Source: Podarcis erhardii
Lineage: Eukaryota
Reading direction: 5' to 3' (one strand)
NCBI GenBank assembly: GCA_964252035.1
Contig: OZ176211.1
DNA length: 64,000 nucleotides
The notes beneath the pieces were generated by a model, which was not told where the DNA came from, searched no databases, and saw nothing but the letters and a program-made list of their open reading frames with translations. Below, piece after piece: positions 50,711 to 64,000 of the stretch (the first letter of the stretch is position 1; each line of letters begins with the position of its first letter). A program made the translations under genes and the position numbers.

Positions 50711-50923
50711 TCTATTGTCTTTTCCCCACAAGCCCAGGACAGGCAACAACTACTTTTCAAACAGGCTGTTTTGAATCTGGAAGAGATGCCAAGGTATTTT
50801 GGCTTCCCACCTGTACCAGCTGTCTGGAATAAAGCCCAGGTATACTGAATAACTGCAGGGGTGGAAAAACAGGCATGGAAGGGGCTGTTTCTACTTTATA
50901 GCGTCACAGAAAATTGAGGAAGG

Positions 50924-51065
50924 AGAACTGTAGAAATGAAGAGTTGGAAGGGACCACGAGGATCATCTAGTCCAACTCCCAGCAATGCAAGAATCTTTTG
51001 CCCAACGTAGGGCTCAAACCCACATGCCTGAGATTGAGTCTCATGCTCTACTGACTGAGCTATCC
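50924..51065 (-). mobile_element. tRNA(Lys)-derived SINE with CR1-type 3' tail
   Basis: Minus strand GGATAGCTCAGTCAGTAGAGCATGAGACT..GGGTTTGAGCCCTACGTTGGGC followed by GGACTAGATGATCCTCGTGGTCCCTTCCAACTCT (CR1 tail). Confidence 0.8.
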
Positions 51066-52000
51066 CCCATCTCCCAAAAACTAAAGTAAGAGGAACAGAA
51101 AGAAATACCACAGGAAGTTTGCAAAAACTGTTTGCTCGTAGGAGGGAATGGGGAGTGATAGGCCTGGAACTCTTAGGTTCATCAGCAGAGACCCAGGGTG
51201 ACTTTGGCTTAATTCAGATGATCCTCCACACCATGAGTTGGAAAATCAGAACAAGTCTGGATTGCTTATTCTCACCTACACAAAAGATTCCCTCCTCTAT
51301 TATAGTACAACCATAGATAGTTGTATGTTACAGCTAGGTTTCAAGCAATTATATGAAATCATGGTTTTGAAAAACATGGTTCAGAGGTTAGTATTAATCA
51401 TAGTTGCCTGATTCTTCTGTCGTGGCAGAAGAAATCCATAACTACAGTAGGGTATCTGTGTGCAAAAAGAGTGGATCATAACATATGGAAAGGATAACTA
51501 GAATGAAGTGAGCTAAATACGGTGTCAAATATTAAAATATCACCATTTAAACAACCATTGATTGTAGACTGTCCATTATTTAGTAAGTAGTATGAACAGT
51601 TTGCTTTAAAAAAAAGTGTTACTGCATGCTGACTAAAGAAATGTAGTGATTGATTAAATGTAATCCACAACCTGAAAGACTGTATGAATACAAAATCATT
51701 TGCCTGTGTCTCAGCTGGAAAAACAGGGTTCATCCCCGCAGATGGTTATATTTCATAGATATAAAAATATTCCTGGAAAGGAATATTCTAATCATAATAA
51801 TAGTACTTATCTATTTCAAGAAAAGATGCATTACTTCTGCTAGCTGTCCCAAAACATTTTCTCTCAACTAAATTAGCATACAATTCAGTTGTTGCATTGA
51901 TCAAATATAATACATAGAAAAGTTCATCTAAATTTGCAAAGTTTTTAACCTATTTAATTCTTGGCAGTCATGGAAGTTATACAGTATTCTTGAATAATAC

Positions 52001-52256
52001 CTTGCTGAAAAGTACAAGCTGCTGACACCGGAGCTCCAGGAGTCCTTCCACCACCAGGCTTTCTTCCCCTCTGACCTGAATTATGACCTGCAGACTTCTT
52101 CCCTTTGCTCTCTGAACCTCTGGCCTCTGAAACATCTTTACCACTTGAAGCATGTGCAGACACTTCCTGGAAATTTGCATTTGTAAAGCGAGCTGCGGTA
52201 TCTTCCAGCCTCTTCAAGGAGCCTGCCATAGAGTTGTTGGTAGTGCTTGTGTAAGT
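52001..52256 (-). CDS. MLLT10: MLLT10 exon (256 bp), TYTSTTNNSMAGSLKRLEDTAARFTNANFQEVS...TFQQG
   Basis: ORF 51954..52229. Acceptor atactgttag|ACT; donor CAAG|gtatta. Confidence 0.96.
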
Positions 52257-53486
52257 CTAACAGTATTGAAGTGGGAAAGAGGAAGTTGAGAGAGACAGTT
52301 AGACCACAATAAATTAACTGTACTCCAAAAGACACACAATGTTGTTTCAATTCAGAAACATAGATGTGTCCCAACATTCTAAAACAGCATAGAGAAAGTT
52401 AAAGCTAACTATGTTATAAAGTTGCCACTTAAAATAACTGAGCACTTTAAAGGTGGGTTTAAAAAAAAAAATATTAAACTGACAGGGAACTATAAAGAAC
52501 AAAATACACTTACTAATATATCAGCAAGATACTGTATCAGCTGTCAGTTTTGCAAGCATCAGATTGCAGCAATTAGTAGAAGTGCACATACTGGCCTCCC
52601 CTTACACTTAATCATGATACTTCTATTTATTAAATACAAAAAATGTCAGCTATTTTTCCAAACACTAGTTCCTGCTGAAATGCATGCTTTTGCAACATGT
52701 AACAACAGGTTATTGTGTAAGTTAATCTTTATTGCCTCAGATTTGCAGATATAAGCTTTTGTAAGATAGCTTTTTTCCTTTAGGTTGTTCAGACTATTGT
52801 AATTTGAAAGGTAATTTTTAATTTTCTGTACAATGTATAAAAGAAAATACAATATGATGAAGTACAATAAATTTACACCAATACTTATACATTATTCATT
52901 AACACATGTATGGATTTTTGTCTGCAGTGCTGCTTGTCATTTAAAAATTAGTAACTAAATCTTAAATTAACTGGAGAAAATATTTTTGTAAGACACAAGC
53001 TTATCATACAAAATTCAAAACCCTTCAAAAAAAATTTATTTGGCAGTCCATAAACAGGCAGTACCTTTTTCTTTTTTCCTATTTCCTTCATTGTACAATT
53101 TAAGCTGTGTTTTACAACCCTTTCATAACTGTATCCATTTCATTCACTCCTGATTTTTCTTTTGACTTTATTATGAAACTCCTTGCCTTTAACTTATATG
53201 ATTTTGTTGTTAATGTTTGGTTTTCTCTTCATGTGTACTGTCTGTCTTTGTTGTTCAATAAAAATTAAAATAAAAAATTGTTGTTGCTTATCTCAAACAT
53301 CATAGTGCTAACAGTGCAATTCTATGGATGCCTATTCAGAAGTTCCCTAAGAGTTTCAAGAACTTAGTTCCAGATAAGAAGGTATAGAACTGCTGGTGAA
53401 ATATCAAAGACTAATGCAGAGACAAGCTGATTTTCTACTGGTAAAAATTTAGTAGTTATGGGCCAGGATCTATAGAGCTCTATAGC

Positions 53487-53828
53487 TAAAGGTAAAGGTA
53501 AAGGGACCCCTGACCATTAGGTCCAGTTGTGACCGACTCTGGGGTTGCGGCGCTCATCTCACTTTATTGGCCGAGGGAGCCGGCGTACAGCTTCCGGGTC
53601 ATGTGGCCAGCATGCCTAAGCCGCTTCTGGTGAACCAGAGTAGCGCATGGAAACGCCGTTTACCTTCCCACCGGAGCGGTACCTATTCATCTACTTGCAC
53701 TTTGACGTGCTTTCAAACTGCTAGGTTGGCAGCAGCAGGGACCGAGCAATGGGAGCTCACCCTGTCGCAGGGTTTCGAACTGCCGGCCTTCTGATCGGCA
53801 AATCCTAGGCTCTGTGGTTTAACCCACA
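53487..53828 (-). mobile_element. Sauria SINE, slightly 5'-truncated, with (CCTTTA)n tail
   Basis: taaaggtaaaggtaaagggacccctgaccattaggtccagt...ctaggctctgtggtttaaccca; same family as 5364-5678. Confidence 0.9.
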
Positions 53829-55869
53829 TGCCTAAAATACTTCCATATATGCACAAATGGATTGCATATTTTCCCTTCTAGCTGCACACCCTTGAACCAT
53901 ATCAACTCCTGCTCAAGAAGGCTTCCCCAACTCTCAAGTACAATTTTTTTTTAAGGGACAGCAGGTGCTGCAGTACAAATCAGGCCTTTTTTAAAGAAAA
54001 GAAAATGTGTGTTTGCATGAAACACCATTCACAGCCCTATGAATTCTTGCCAAACATTTGTTTTTTTAAAAAACCGAAACAGAACACAATTCAGCCAACC
54101 ATTCGAAACTTAGGTTTCATTCATTTTAATGGAAAAGATTTGAACATCTCCTTAATGCTCTCTAATTGAAGTTCAATTGAAGTGCTTAAATCTGGCTGGA
54201 TTGCACCCCTAATTCTGCAACAGAATTCCTATGGGGTTTGGGGGTTGGGGTTTGTTTTTTGTAAAAGCCATTTTTGGAAATGCTTCAAACATTTTTTTCA
54301 AAATGGCAGACGTAAGCCAGTGAAACAAGTGCAGTATGGTTTCACTTCATTAAGTGTCAACAAGGACTTTGTCCACTTAAAGTTGTTGTTGTTTAAATTT
54401 GTATACCACTCTCCATCTGAAGATTCCAGTGCAGTTCACAACATTAAAATACAAAATGAGAATGCAAAATACATAATAAAACAAAAACAAACCAATAACC
54501 ACAAACACATTTAAAAAGCCATAGAATGTTAATCAGCCAAACACCTGGATGAAGAGAAACGTTTTTGCCTAGCGCCTAAGACATGTAATGATGGCACCAG
54601 GTGAACCTCCCTGAGGAGAGCATTCCACAAATAATATAAACATATTTCACATATTGATTAAATTAAATCACTGCTTAAATATGAAGGCCAAATATATTCG
54701 AATTTACTTCACACAATCTGGAAAAACACCAAATATGAATCTTTAATTAAGTTTTTAAAAATATACCCCTGAGAAAAATATTGTGCAGTCCTAGTGAAAC
54801 AGGTAGCAAGTGGCCATATACAATATAATAAAGACATAATAGAGAAAATTTATTTTTTCTAGTATTTCCACAGGGTCAAAGGTGTTGCATGTTCATGAGT
54901 GACAAATGAAAGAAAGCTTTATTCAGAAACTTGTACCATGTTGGAACTTATTTGAGGTCCTCATTTCCCTTTGGGCAATTAATAAAATTAAACCATGTAG
55001 AAGCCATGTTAAACTTAACACCTGATGATTAAACTTCATCAAAGTTACTGCATTTTACATTAAGTATGAGTTTCTCCAGTTCCATGGGTGCAACACCCAG
55101 AGGAATTCCCACAGGGTATCATCAGGCCTCCACCCATGATCTTTTGCTCTAACTGGGCAGAGATAGAGGCCTCCTATTTCTTTTAGCAGCCTGCTGTGCT
55201 GACACACTCTCCTTCTCAACCTAGAGTCAGTCTCATTTCTAAGGGAGATGCCAGAAGCCCCACCTTAGGGATTTCCATCATTCCTCTATCTGCTTTCAAA
55301 TCTGGGACAGGCAAGTGTGTTACAGGAAGAATGAAGGACATTCATAGCTTGCACAGTTCCAGTGGCAGCTGTTGTTGTAAGTCTGGCCTCCCAAATGAGT
55401 ACGGATGGCAGTGGAACTACTGCCTATACTTCTCCTTCCCCACCTCCTGCAACTGTCAGGACAGAAAATGGTTGTGCACAGGTATACACAATCCATTTCC
55501 TGATCTTGGTCCCCTTTTATTTTTATTTCTAATGCTGTACTTCTGCAAACCTGAGTTCCCCTGTGTTTTCTGCTTCCTCTCGGGTGGGTGGGTGAGGTGC
55601 CATTTTAATTCTATATGTATCAGCATTCATCCCATAAAATAAAGGGAATGTTTTCTTTAAACCAAATGAAACCCAGCTGAATCCAAGAGCAAATTTAGAA
55701 GTGATAAATACCAACAAAGAGTAATCAGTATAATTCAAAAGGGTGACATTTTGTTATGTACTTTGGAAATGCAATATAAACTTTCACGTAAAAGATTAGC
55801 TCTGGCCAGTTTTCTCAGGTGCTGTTCACACTTAACGCACATTTTTCTACAAACATATTCAGTACTCCT

Positions 55870-56500
55870 AGAAGCTGTCAGCATGCGATAGCAGCTGCAC
55901 CCCAGGAACAGCTTTGACTGGTCGGTTAAACCAGGTGAGGGTAGCTCATGGGTTTCAAACCCTTGCTGAGTTACTGACTTCCCCTGCATGCAAAGACAGG
56001 CTCCGGCAAATTGAGCGGATGAGACCAATAGTAGGTCCAACAGTCAAGAAAGCAGTTTCTGCATGAGCTGTAGAGGGAAGTGAGGGGCAGGTGGGACTTC
56101 TCTGGGAGGGTAGCCCATCAAAAAGAAGGAAAATTCTGATCCTAGACATCCACTGCCTTGCAGAACATCTTTGGCAGACAAAAAGGCTCAGGAGTAAACC
56201 CTACACCAATCCGAAGTAGAATCCCTAAGACGGTTCAATGGCACCTTGTACGCTTCCTTCCAGAAATTCCTACAGCCAAGCTGGTGCCAAACGTAGTCCA
56301 AAGGAAAGCAGAGCAATACATCAGCGAGGCGGGGGGGGGGGTATTGTCGTTTGGGCAGCCCAAGACCTCAATACATACTGCTCAGGCTTGCGCCTCGGGG
56401 AGGTCACTTCTGTGATTCTAAGGCAGCAAACATAACACAGGAGGCAGCAGTTCTGAGTTACCAACACAGCAGGTGCTGTGCTTCTTCAGCAGTTTGACTT
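55870..56500 (+). mobile_element. Longer copy of the repeat at 11140, resembling an RTE-clade LINE 5' region
   Basis: ggctccggcaaattgagcggatgagacc and gaaggaaaattctgatcctagacatccactgccttg resemble RTE-type 5'UTR motifs (recalled); the distal part is homologous to 11140-11340. Confidence 0.5.
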
Positions 56501-56699
56501 TGCTCCTGGAGATGCACTCCATTGTCTCTCAAGACAGACGGATGCCAACAAGTATTTGAAGACGTTGTACATTATACATTGCTTAGAATCAGGGTAGCTG
56601 AACAAATGCATGTTCCTACATCAAACCTCACTACATCAAATGATGCTTTTAGATGCCCTTGACATATGTGGTGAGGCTAATGGGAAACCAGAGGCCTTT

Positions 56700-56945
56700 T
56701 ACAGCAAGGATGCCATGTCTCCTCAGACAGGCTCACCTGTGGCTATTTTGCTATCCTTTGGAGCCAGGAAAATGTCTTTATGTTCTCCCAGACCTTTTAA
56801 AGACTGTTTTAATCTGCTGCATTTAATTGCTGGCATTATTTTTATTGCCTGTCTTACTCTAGTTTTGTATTGCATTTTGTTTTTATTCTGAGTATCTATC
56901 TTTTTTTAAAAAAAGTTGTGGACCATCTGAACGTCAAACAGGCAA
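56700..56945 (+). mobile_element. L2 LINE 3' fragment
   Basis: gctatcctttggagccaggaaaatgtctttatgttctcccagaccttt followed by a T-rich tail, typical of squamate L2 3' ends. Confidence 0.5.
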
Positions 56946-57250
56946 GCCATTGTTTATTCTAGGTGTCTTGTGAGGTAAGCAGATTCAGTTGTGACTAATT
57001 ATAAACCAACTTCTATTTTATAATAGGTTTAAAAAGCTAATAAATTGTGGCAAAATTCCATGAAGCCTCAGAAATGACAAATTAAAGCTTAGCATTCCAG
57101 AACAGGGGGCGGAATGGGGATGGGGTGCTTACTGACTGAAACCTAGCTGAAACCTAGAAAGTGCCTTTCTAATTACAAATCATCTTTCTCAGACACTTTC
57201 CTAGGACATTTTAAGAATCTGGCCATTTCATTAGATATTATTTATCCTCC

Positions 57251-57615
57251 TTTGAATTATGGTGCTGGAGGAGACTCTTGAGAGTCCCATGGACTGCAAG
57301 AAGATCAAACCTATCCATTCTTAAGGAAATCAGCCCTGAGTGCTCACTGGAAGGACAGATCCTGAAGGTGAGGTTCCAATACTTTGGCCACCTCATGAGA
57401 AGAGAAGACTCCCTGGAAAAGACCCTGATGTTGGGAAAGATGGAGGGAACAAGGAGAAGGGGATAACAGAGGACGAGATGGATGGACAGTGTTCTCGAAG
57501 CTATAAACATGAGTTTGACCAAACTGCGGGAGGCAGTGGAAGACAGGAGTGCCTGGCGTGCTCTGGTCCATGGGGTCACGAAGAGTTGGACACAACTAAA
57601 CGACTAAACAACAAC
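57251..57615 (+). mobile_element. BovB (RTE) LINE 3' end, 5'-truncated
   Basis: ORF 57278..57466 RVPWTARRSNLSILKEISPECSLEGQILKVRFQYFGHLMRREDSLEKTLMLGKMEG; tail ggggtcacgaagagttggacacaactaaacgactaaacaacaac. Confidence 0.93.
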
Positions 57616-57646
57616 ACCAGCATCTTCATTATTCCCAAATGAAGTA

Positions 57647-57901
57647 CAGTGGACGCTCGGGTTGCGAACGTGATCCATGTGGGATGCACGTTCAACACCC
57701 ACAGCATTCGCAACCCACAGCAGCACATCTGCGCATGCGCAGGTTGCGATTCAGCACTTCTGTGCATGCACAAAGCACAATCTAGCGCTTCTGCGCATGT
57801 GCGACCATCGAAACCAAGACCCATTCCAGTACTTCCGGGTTTCGGCTGTCCATAACCCGAAAAAACACAACCTGAAGCATCTGTAACCCAAGGTATGACT
57901 G
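57647..57901. mobile_element. Tc1/mariner-type MITE
   Basis: Imperfect TIRs cagtggacgct / aggtatgactg with TA flanks; internal tgcgcatgcgca palindromes. Confidence 0.75.
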
Positions 57902-60685
57902 TATTGCATTTTCTCATCCATATTCCACCTTTTTCAGGAGAAAAAGCCAACAAGCAAATATTGCAATTAACATGTATAGTTATTTTATTTGATGCAACAG
58001 CTGGCTGGGGTGGAGGCTGGGATAAAGATGGGGACCTCAGCATGCCGCAAAGAGTGGTTGACCTTCTCGCCCAACAACTCCTCCACCTAAGGCTGTCATT
58101 GGTGTCAAGAACAGGCTCCCCATTGGGACAAGCATCAGCTTCAGGGACAACATTTTTGTCAGGACCATGATGGGAGAAGCATTAACTCCTCTCCTCCTGT
58201 GCCATGGTCCCAATCCCAATTACTCCCATCCTAAACAGTTCTTTAAAATAAAGGAACAAGATTCATCCAATGAAAGCACCCTACACGTAACTTGCCCAGC
58301 TTCAAGATGCAATTCCAGAACAGAACTTGTATCCCTGGTTAAAAGTCTCTACCAAACATGCTCGTAGTGGTTATAGTTCAGTATATTTTAATTCTTGCAT
58401 TATGGAATGTGATCCAGTAGTTTGCCCTTCATACTATGCTAATAACTACCACAGTGCTGAGCTACCCCATAAGCCCAAATATCTTTGCTTGATTCTATTT
58501 TTCTCTCTCTATGGTGTCAAATACCAAACACTACTTCTTATTTTATTTATTTTTTTGCTGCTGCTGCTAATATACTATAGTATATTAAAAGTGAAACCAT
58601 CAGCTGTATGTAGAACTAAAGAAAATAGTGCCATTTTATTAAACCATTACCAAGGTACTTGTAAAACAGTGGAGTGTTTGAGAGTCTCTGAATTGGCTAT
58701 TATCTCTCCAGAAACATTTTTTAACCAATTGGTAGGGAGAAATGCAAAGAACACGCAACTGTGTAAGTGCATTCACATTTGAATACTGGAATCCCATCTA
58801 CATAAATTATAGAACTGTCATCCAGCAAGAGATTCTAAAACTTAGGAATTTTCAGTTACAAAAGGAAGGTCAGTGTCAGAACTTGCTGCTTTGACATGAG
58901 GAATGCTAGGTCTTTCTTTCTAAAAGGACAAGGCCATGAAGAGAGAAAATACTGGTGATTAAGATAGTCAGGTGACTGCATTACAGACTAGCATCACAGA
59001 CTAGTTTGATGAACACTTATGAAAAAGTGGGGGAAATAGTACCCAATGTTTTAATCTATTTTCTCTACACCACTTGAGAGAGAAGTATCTGAATCTTCCC
59101 CTTGGGTATCATTAGGAAACACTCATATGGGTATAATTTCCAGTTATACTTCTGCTTATATTACAGATTTGTTCAAACAACATGGTGTTGGAATCAGAAA
59201 GCTAACTCCACAGCCATTTTGAAACACATTTCAAAACACATTTTGTGAACAGAAACATAAATTTAAGCCTACTACCTACATAAGAAACCTTCAAAAGATA
59301 GGAGCTCCATATGACCTAAAGCACCAAAGAAAAAAAAATCTCTTAATGTTCCTTTTATATGTAAGTCACATAACTTGCATAGAAACAAGATCCTCAGGTG
59401 AGAGATATGAACACATTTTGACATACAAAACAATGCCCAAATGCCAATATTTCTGCTGATTTTCTTGCAAAGATTTTATTTTTAAAAAATCTGGAAGCAA
59501 AAAATTATTTTAGATATCATCTTTGCCTAAAGATCACTAGGTTATGGAGACAGTACTGTACACCTCTTTTAGCAAAGAGGGGGTGGGTACAATAACCAAA
59601 ATGATACTTAGCCTACTGGATAAAATGTCTGCCAAAGCAGAAGATGTGTTACGAGCTCACATAAGTAGACTAAGGACAGGAACTCTACAGCATCAAAAAT
59701 ATAGCCCAGAAATGCAGTGATTTGAGTCCAATAATCTGTGAGTTGTATCCAGTGTTAGTCATATGTACAGTAGACCAATTAACATTGATTTCAGTGGGTC
59801 TTCTCTTAACAGAAATTAGTTAGAAAACTCCCAATGACTTTTGGGTTTGAGACCATACTTCCTACTCTCCTTTGTTTCTTTTTGCTGTAGAGGTGTCTAG
59901 AACACCCATCTGGTTATTTTTGTGTGAGATCAGTTTGAGTTATTGCAGCCTGAGAACGTGGGTAGGAAGGTTGAAAGGGTCAAGCCAAAAACATGTTATC
60001 TTGTCCCTTGCCCAACATGGCCTGTGAGATCTAGTCAGAAGGGACTGACTGGGTGGGTTCACAAGGCGGTCACAAGGCGGTTAATGCCTGTGGAGACAGT
60101 GGTGTCTGCTGCCTCCTCCCTCGGACGGATTTACTGCCCAACTCTTACTGTTTCTCTAATACTGCATAAGTGAACGAGCGAACTGAACAAATTACTTGGA
60201 AATATTGTTTAATGTATTTTAACTGATTCAGTTGTGAAGGTTTCAACTGACTATGCTGTACTATACATGTACTGTATTATATACATGGTACTCCAGGGTT
60301 TGTTAAACCAGAATTTCCTCTAACATCCAAACCATGATATTTACTGGAAAACTATAGTATAGATTACAAATGAGAATATGAAACTTTTAAAATAATTGAG
60401 GCTATTCTACTATATTTATTTATGTAAGCATCAGAGTACTTTAGCAGAATAGTAATATAGAATCAATGGTATCCCATTTTTTAGAAAACAGATACATTTC
60501 AAAAATCAAGTTTGTCATATTACAAATACCTAATAGCACAGCTGTTTGATCAGAAGGACTGCTAGTCATCAATAGGGGGTTCTCTGTGATAAGCAATTTA
60601 GGAACAGCAGAATTCCTCACTCCATAAAACATACACCAAGAATATAAATGTCATTCTAAAGAAGATGTAGGAAAAGCTCACTTAC

Positions 60686-60781
60686 TTTCTCTGTAGTTAC
60701 TGTTAGAGAAGGAACCAGAGACGGTGAGGATTCTGATTGCTTCTTGTGTTTTTGTTTATGTTTATCCTTTTCTTTATATTT
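60686..60781 (-). CDS. MLLT10: MLLT10 exon (96 bp), KYKEKDKHKQKHKKQSESSPSLVPSLTVTTEK (most 5' exon seen in the window)
   Basis: Acceptor gctttgttag|AAA and donor AAA|gtaagt, phase 0/0. Matches human KYKEKDKHKQKHKKQPEPSPALVPSLTVTTEK. Confidence 0.95.
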
Positions 60782-63700
60782 CTAACAAAGCATGAAAGCA
60801 AAATAAAATGCAACATCAGGTTTATGCAAAATGATTTTTTGTCATTTAAATTGCGTTAATATGAGCTGCTACTAAAAATTAATAAAGGGTTGTAATCCAA
60901 CAGAAGTCATCTCATTCACATAAAGACTTCTGCATTGGAACCTGACCTTCCCTCTCCTCAGTGTTCCCAGCACACACACACAGACACACCCAAAAAATTG
61001 CTCTGGAGAGTTGTGGGGAAACTCCAGAAGATATCTGGGCTGGGGGAGGAGAGGGGGGAAAGTTCTTGCACCAACAAGACAACTCTGTTGGATACAGCCC
61101 TCAGTGTTTCTGATGTATAAGAAACTATTATTGTTTTATTGTAGTGTAATAAATGCAAAGTAGTATTGTTAATAAAGAAGATATAAAAAAATTAATGTTG
61201 TCCATTTCTCCTAAAAACATGATTTTACATCACATCATAAAACAGATATCCACACATCTTTTGCTTGGCTTGCTAGCCATCTTTCATTTGTGGTTGCCAC
61301 CATCCACCTAGCTCCAACTTCTGTAGTATGTTCAGCGAACTTGGGAGAGGGTCAATAGTTTATTCTACCTCCTGCAGGTCTTCAGAGAATGCAAGCAGCA
61401 GCATGGATATTACTTCTTCCCCAATGCTTGTAGTTAGGAAGTGGGGAAGTGGGATGTGTCTGTTTTCCTTCACTATGATTTTACAGAGGGAAACAAAACG
61501 AAACACCCTCTCCTCCTTCATATTTGCAGAGAATCCACTTGCCAGAGAGATGGTACTTGTCACTGGCAAAATGAGCATTTTGGCATAATCTGCCTTTATA
61601 AATTTTGCATTTATATACTTTTTGAGCCATTTTTTGCTGGAAAGGCAATAAATTATATCATTCAATAAAGTATCTGAAAAACATGGACATAGGAATGCAA
61701 TCTTTTTTAAGGTTCTGGATGAAATCCTTCTAAAAAAAATGTTTGCTGTTGAAATGTACAAGTTTAATAATCAAAATATCATTCAACCAATAAGAGTGAC
61801 CACAAAACTTCAGCAGCTATTGCAACCAAAATAAAAAAACCAACAATATATATATGCACGTATAAACTATACGTGTTCCAACAATTTTCATTTGCAGTTT
61901 TAATCACTCCTGTGCCTCTTTACAAAGTCCCTAACTTTTGAGCCAATCTCTACTGCAGATGGTATGCAAAAGCCACCTAGGAGTAATATAAATCCTGAAT
62001 TTTCCCCCTTTTTCTTTCCATCCCTTAGCAGAGCAAAGCTTGTGCAAAAGAGCCAAGGAAGGGGGCGGGTGTCAGTCATTACTTGTTTTCCCACCTGGGC
62101 AAGAGTGAGTGAGAAGTGGGTGAAGAAGGCATCACAGGGAGTATGATAGCTCTTCCATCCTCAGCTCTTCTTGTCTGGAGGTCAGGGGCACCAAGTGGAA
62201 GGTGAAGCAGCAGCCCCAAGCAAGAGATGAGAAGCTAACCCTGTCTCTGCTGTTCCAGCAGCAACCAAACCACTCTGTCCCTTTATACCATTGCAAATGG
62301 TTCTTCCTTCCTCTGAAGCAGTTCAATGAGCCACAAGAGGGATGCCAGCACCATTAGCTACGGAAAACCCCCTCACTTGCTACTCTGCACTCTGTCACCC
62401 TACCAGATAGCCATCACCAGGAAACAGTGTAATAGTGGATGTATTAGAGGAGATAGAGATGGGTAGCTTTATTTAGAGGAAAGGCAAAGAGAGCATAATC
62501 TCAATTGGGCAATCTTGTTTTGATATATGAATGCCCCCCTCCCCCCAAAAAAACAGGTACATGAGCATAGTATCTGACAGAATTAACAGTAGCTGCAGAA
62601 TGAAATCTAAATATTTATGCCTATGCTCTCTCATTTTTTTGTATTTATTTGTTCTGTTGCTGTAAAAAAACTTTTTAAAAATCATAGTTTTCCTTAGAAA
62701 TATCCTTTTTAAAAAATGTACTTTTCTGTTTTCATATTTATTACATTCGCTTGTGTAATATTATTTACATACCATAGGCGTACTCTCAGGTAAATTCATA
62801 CAGCCTTAATTAATATTTCTTAAAACTGAGTTGGCATCTTAAAAAATACTTTAAAAACAACTAATATAAATCACCAATCCAGACAGAATCAGCAAGCAGC
62901 ACTTTCTTAAGCTTAGTTAAGAGACCAGAGCAAGTTTTCATAGAGTATATATTTTGTTGCTGCAGCCAAACAATTTGCTTCCAATTTCTTAACGATTGTT
63001 AAAGGATTGCCAGCATGATCTGCAGAAAGGCTAAAAGCATCTGTTGCTGTGCTACACTTTAGTAAAACATTGCAAATTATCATCAGTTATTTTTAAACAA
63101 ATAGACTGCAGTGGTGCTATCCTATACACATTTACTCTGGAGCTGAACTCCATGATACTCCATTAATTGTGAGTAGACATGTATAGGATTGTACTGTTAT
63201 ACAGTTTGAAATCATTATTTTATTTAAAACTGAGGGAAAGCTTTACTCCCCCTTCTTTGTCCAAAAAACACATTACCAACTACCATTTGGACATTAAAAA
63301 GTCATAGTAACTAACTAAAAATAAAGGTATTCATTCTGCAAGCTCAGAGGAGTAAGATGTGATATATCTTTACTACATGCAGAAGAATTATGCCAACTGT
63401 GGAAACATTTATTGATAGAATTCAGTATCTAAACCAAATCCTGAACTGGATGCACTTTGATATAACCAGAAGAACTAGCTATGAAAGTAGGTAGTGCAGT
63501 GGGCAATGATAATTCTATAAAAGATCTATATTCAAAATAATATTTGGCAGATTGGCTTTCTTTCTGCTGAGAAAATAGTACCTAAAGTACTACTAAAAAT
63601 GGCACAAATGTCTAGCTGAATGCTGAGGTACAAAGTATATAACGGACTGTAAACCTGCTTTCCTGATAAGGACAATAAAAACAATAAACAAATCAACATC

Positions 63701-64000
63701 AAGGGAATAATGCAGGTTATAATATAAACACAATAACCCAAGATTACAACTACCCAATCTTAAAAACTGAACATTACGTAATAATATGTTTTAAACATGG
63801 ATGAATGAATTTTCACATTTATTTACAAATTCAGCAATAACGTTTGTACAGGAAAACAACTCGGCATGGTCTATATGAATCATTTAGTTTATTTAAAAGT
63901 GAAGTAAATACTCCCAATGCTGTATGCATTCAGCTGGCATGATATATTCCCATAGTTTATTCATCTCAAATTTAGAGGTGGGGAAGTGCCTTAGATTGGC

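Noticed and set aside
50990-51065. tRNA-Lys-like sequence on - as a tRNA gene
   Set aside because: Degenerate anticodon and T arms, fused directly to a CR1-type tail; it is a SINE head.
55860-56000. HDV-like ribozyme at the 5' end of the RTE-like element
   Set aside because: Known for some RTE 5' ends, but I could not assemble the nested double pseudoknot by eye; needs a covariance or RNArobo search.
59920-60200. Possible LTR fragment
   Set aside because: GC-richer than its flanks, but no TG..CA ends, TSD or second copy could be identified.
61360-61761. 133-aa ORF on - as an additional MLLT10 exon
   Set aside because: No similarity to the expected upstream AF10 peptide (KKSKRGSNRSYDQ...) and no convincing splice pair. 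The next exon is probably beyond the window.
29-64000. CRISPR arrays, operons, rRNA or NUMT
   Set aside because: None seen; the sequence is intron-rich vertebrate DNA, and regular short repeats are microsatellites or MITE interiors.

Overview
Eukaryotic genomic DNA from a squamate, very probably a lacertid lizard (inferred from Sauria SINE, Squam3-like SINE and BovB content). Two genes converge tail to tail. The + strand carries the last three coding exons of DNAJC1 (3560-3608, 4600-5090, 6235-6303; second SANT domain; polyA signal 6417-6422). The - strand carries 13 coding exons of MLLT10/AF10 (60781 down to the stop at 8378-8380), including the AT-hook, the OM-LZ and the Q-rich C-terminus, then a ~1.5 kb 3'UTR (distal polyA signal 6887-6892). 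The PZP-encoding 5' exons of MLLT10 lie beyond the right edge. All exons were called by hand from splice signals, phase continuity and similarity to the human proteins as recalled from memory; no alignment was run. Introns hold SINEs, CR1/L2/BovB/RTE fragments, Tc1/mariner and hAT MITEs and microsatellites. Main oddities: (1) a perfect 78-bp inverted pair of Penelope-like ends carrying a minimal hammerhead ribozyme core (24385-24555); (2) no detectable counterpart of the two small human exons encoding EISMQ...AIHN, with phases allowing an in-frame join; (3) an open alternative frame in the penultimate MLLT10 exon matching the human alternative C-terminus; (4) a GC-AG intron; (5) a candidate alternative terminal exon; (6) a 26-bp microinversion between two repeat copies; (7) a ~200-bp local duplication. 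No prokaryotic-type systems, rRNA or true tRNA genes were seen.
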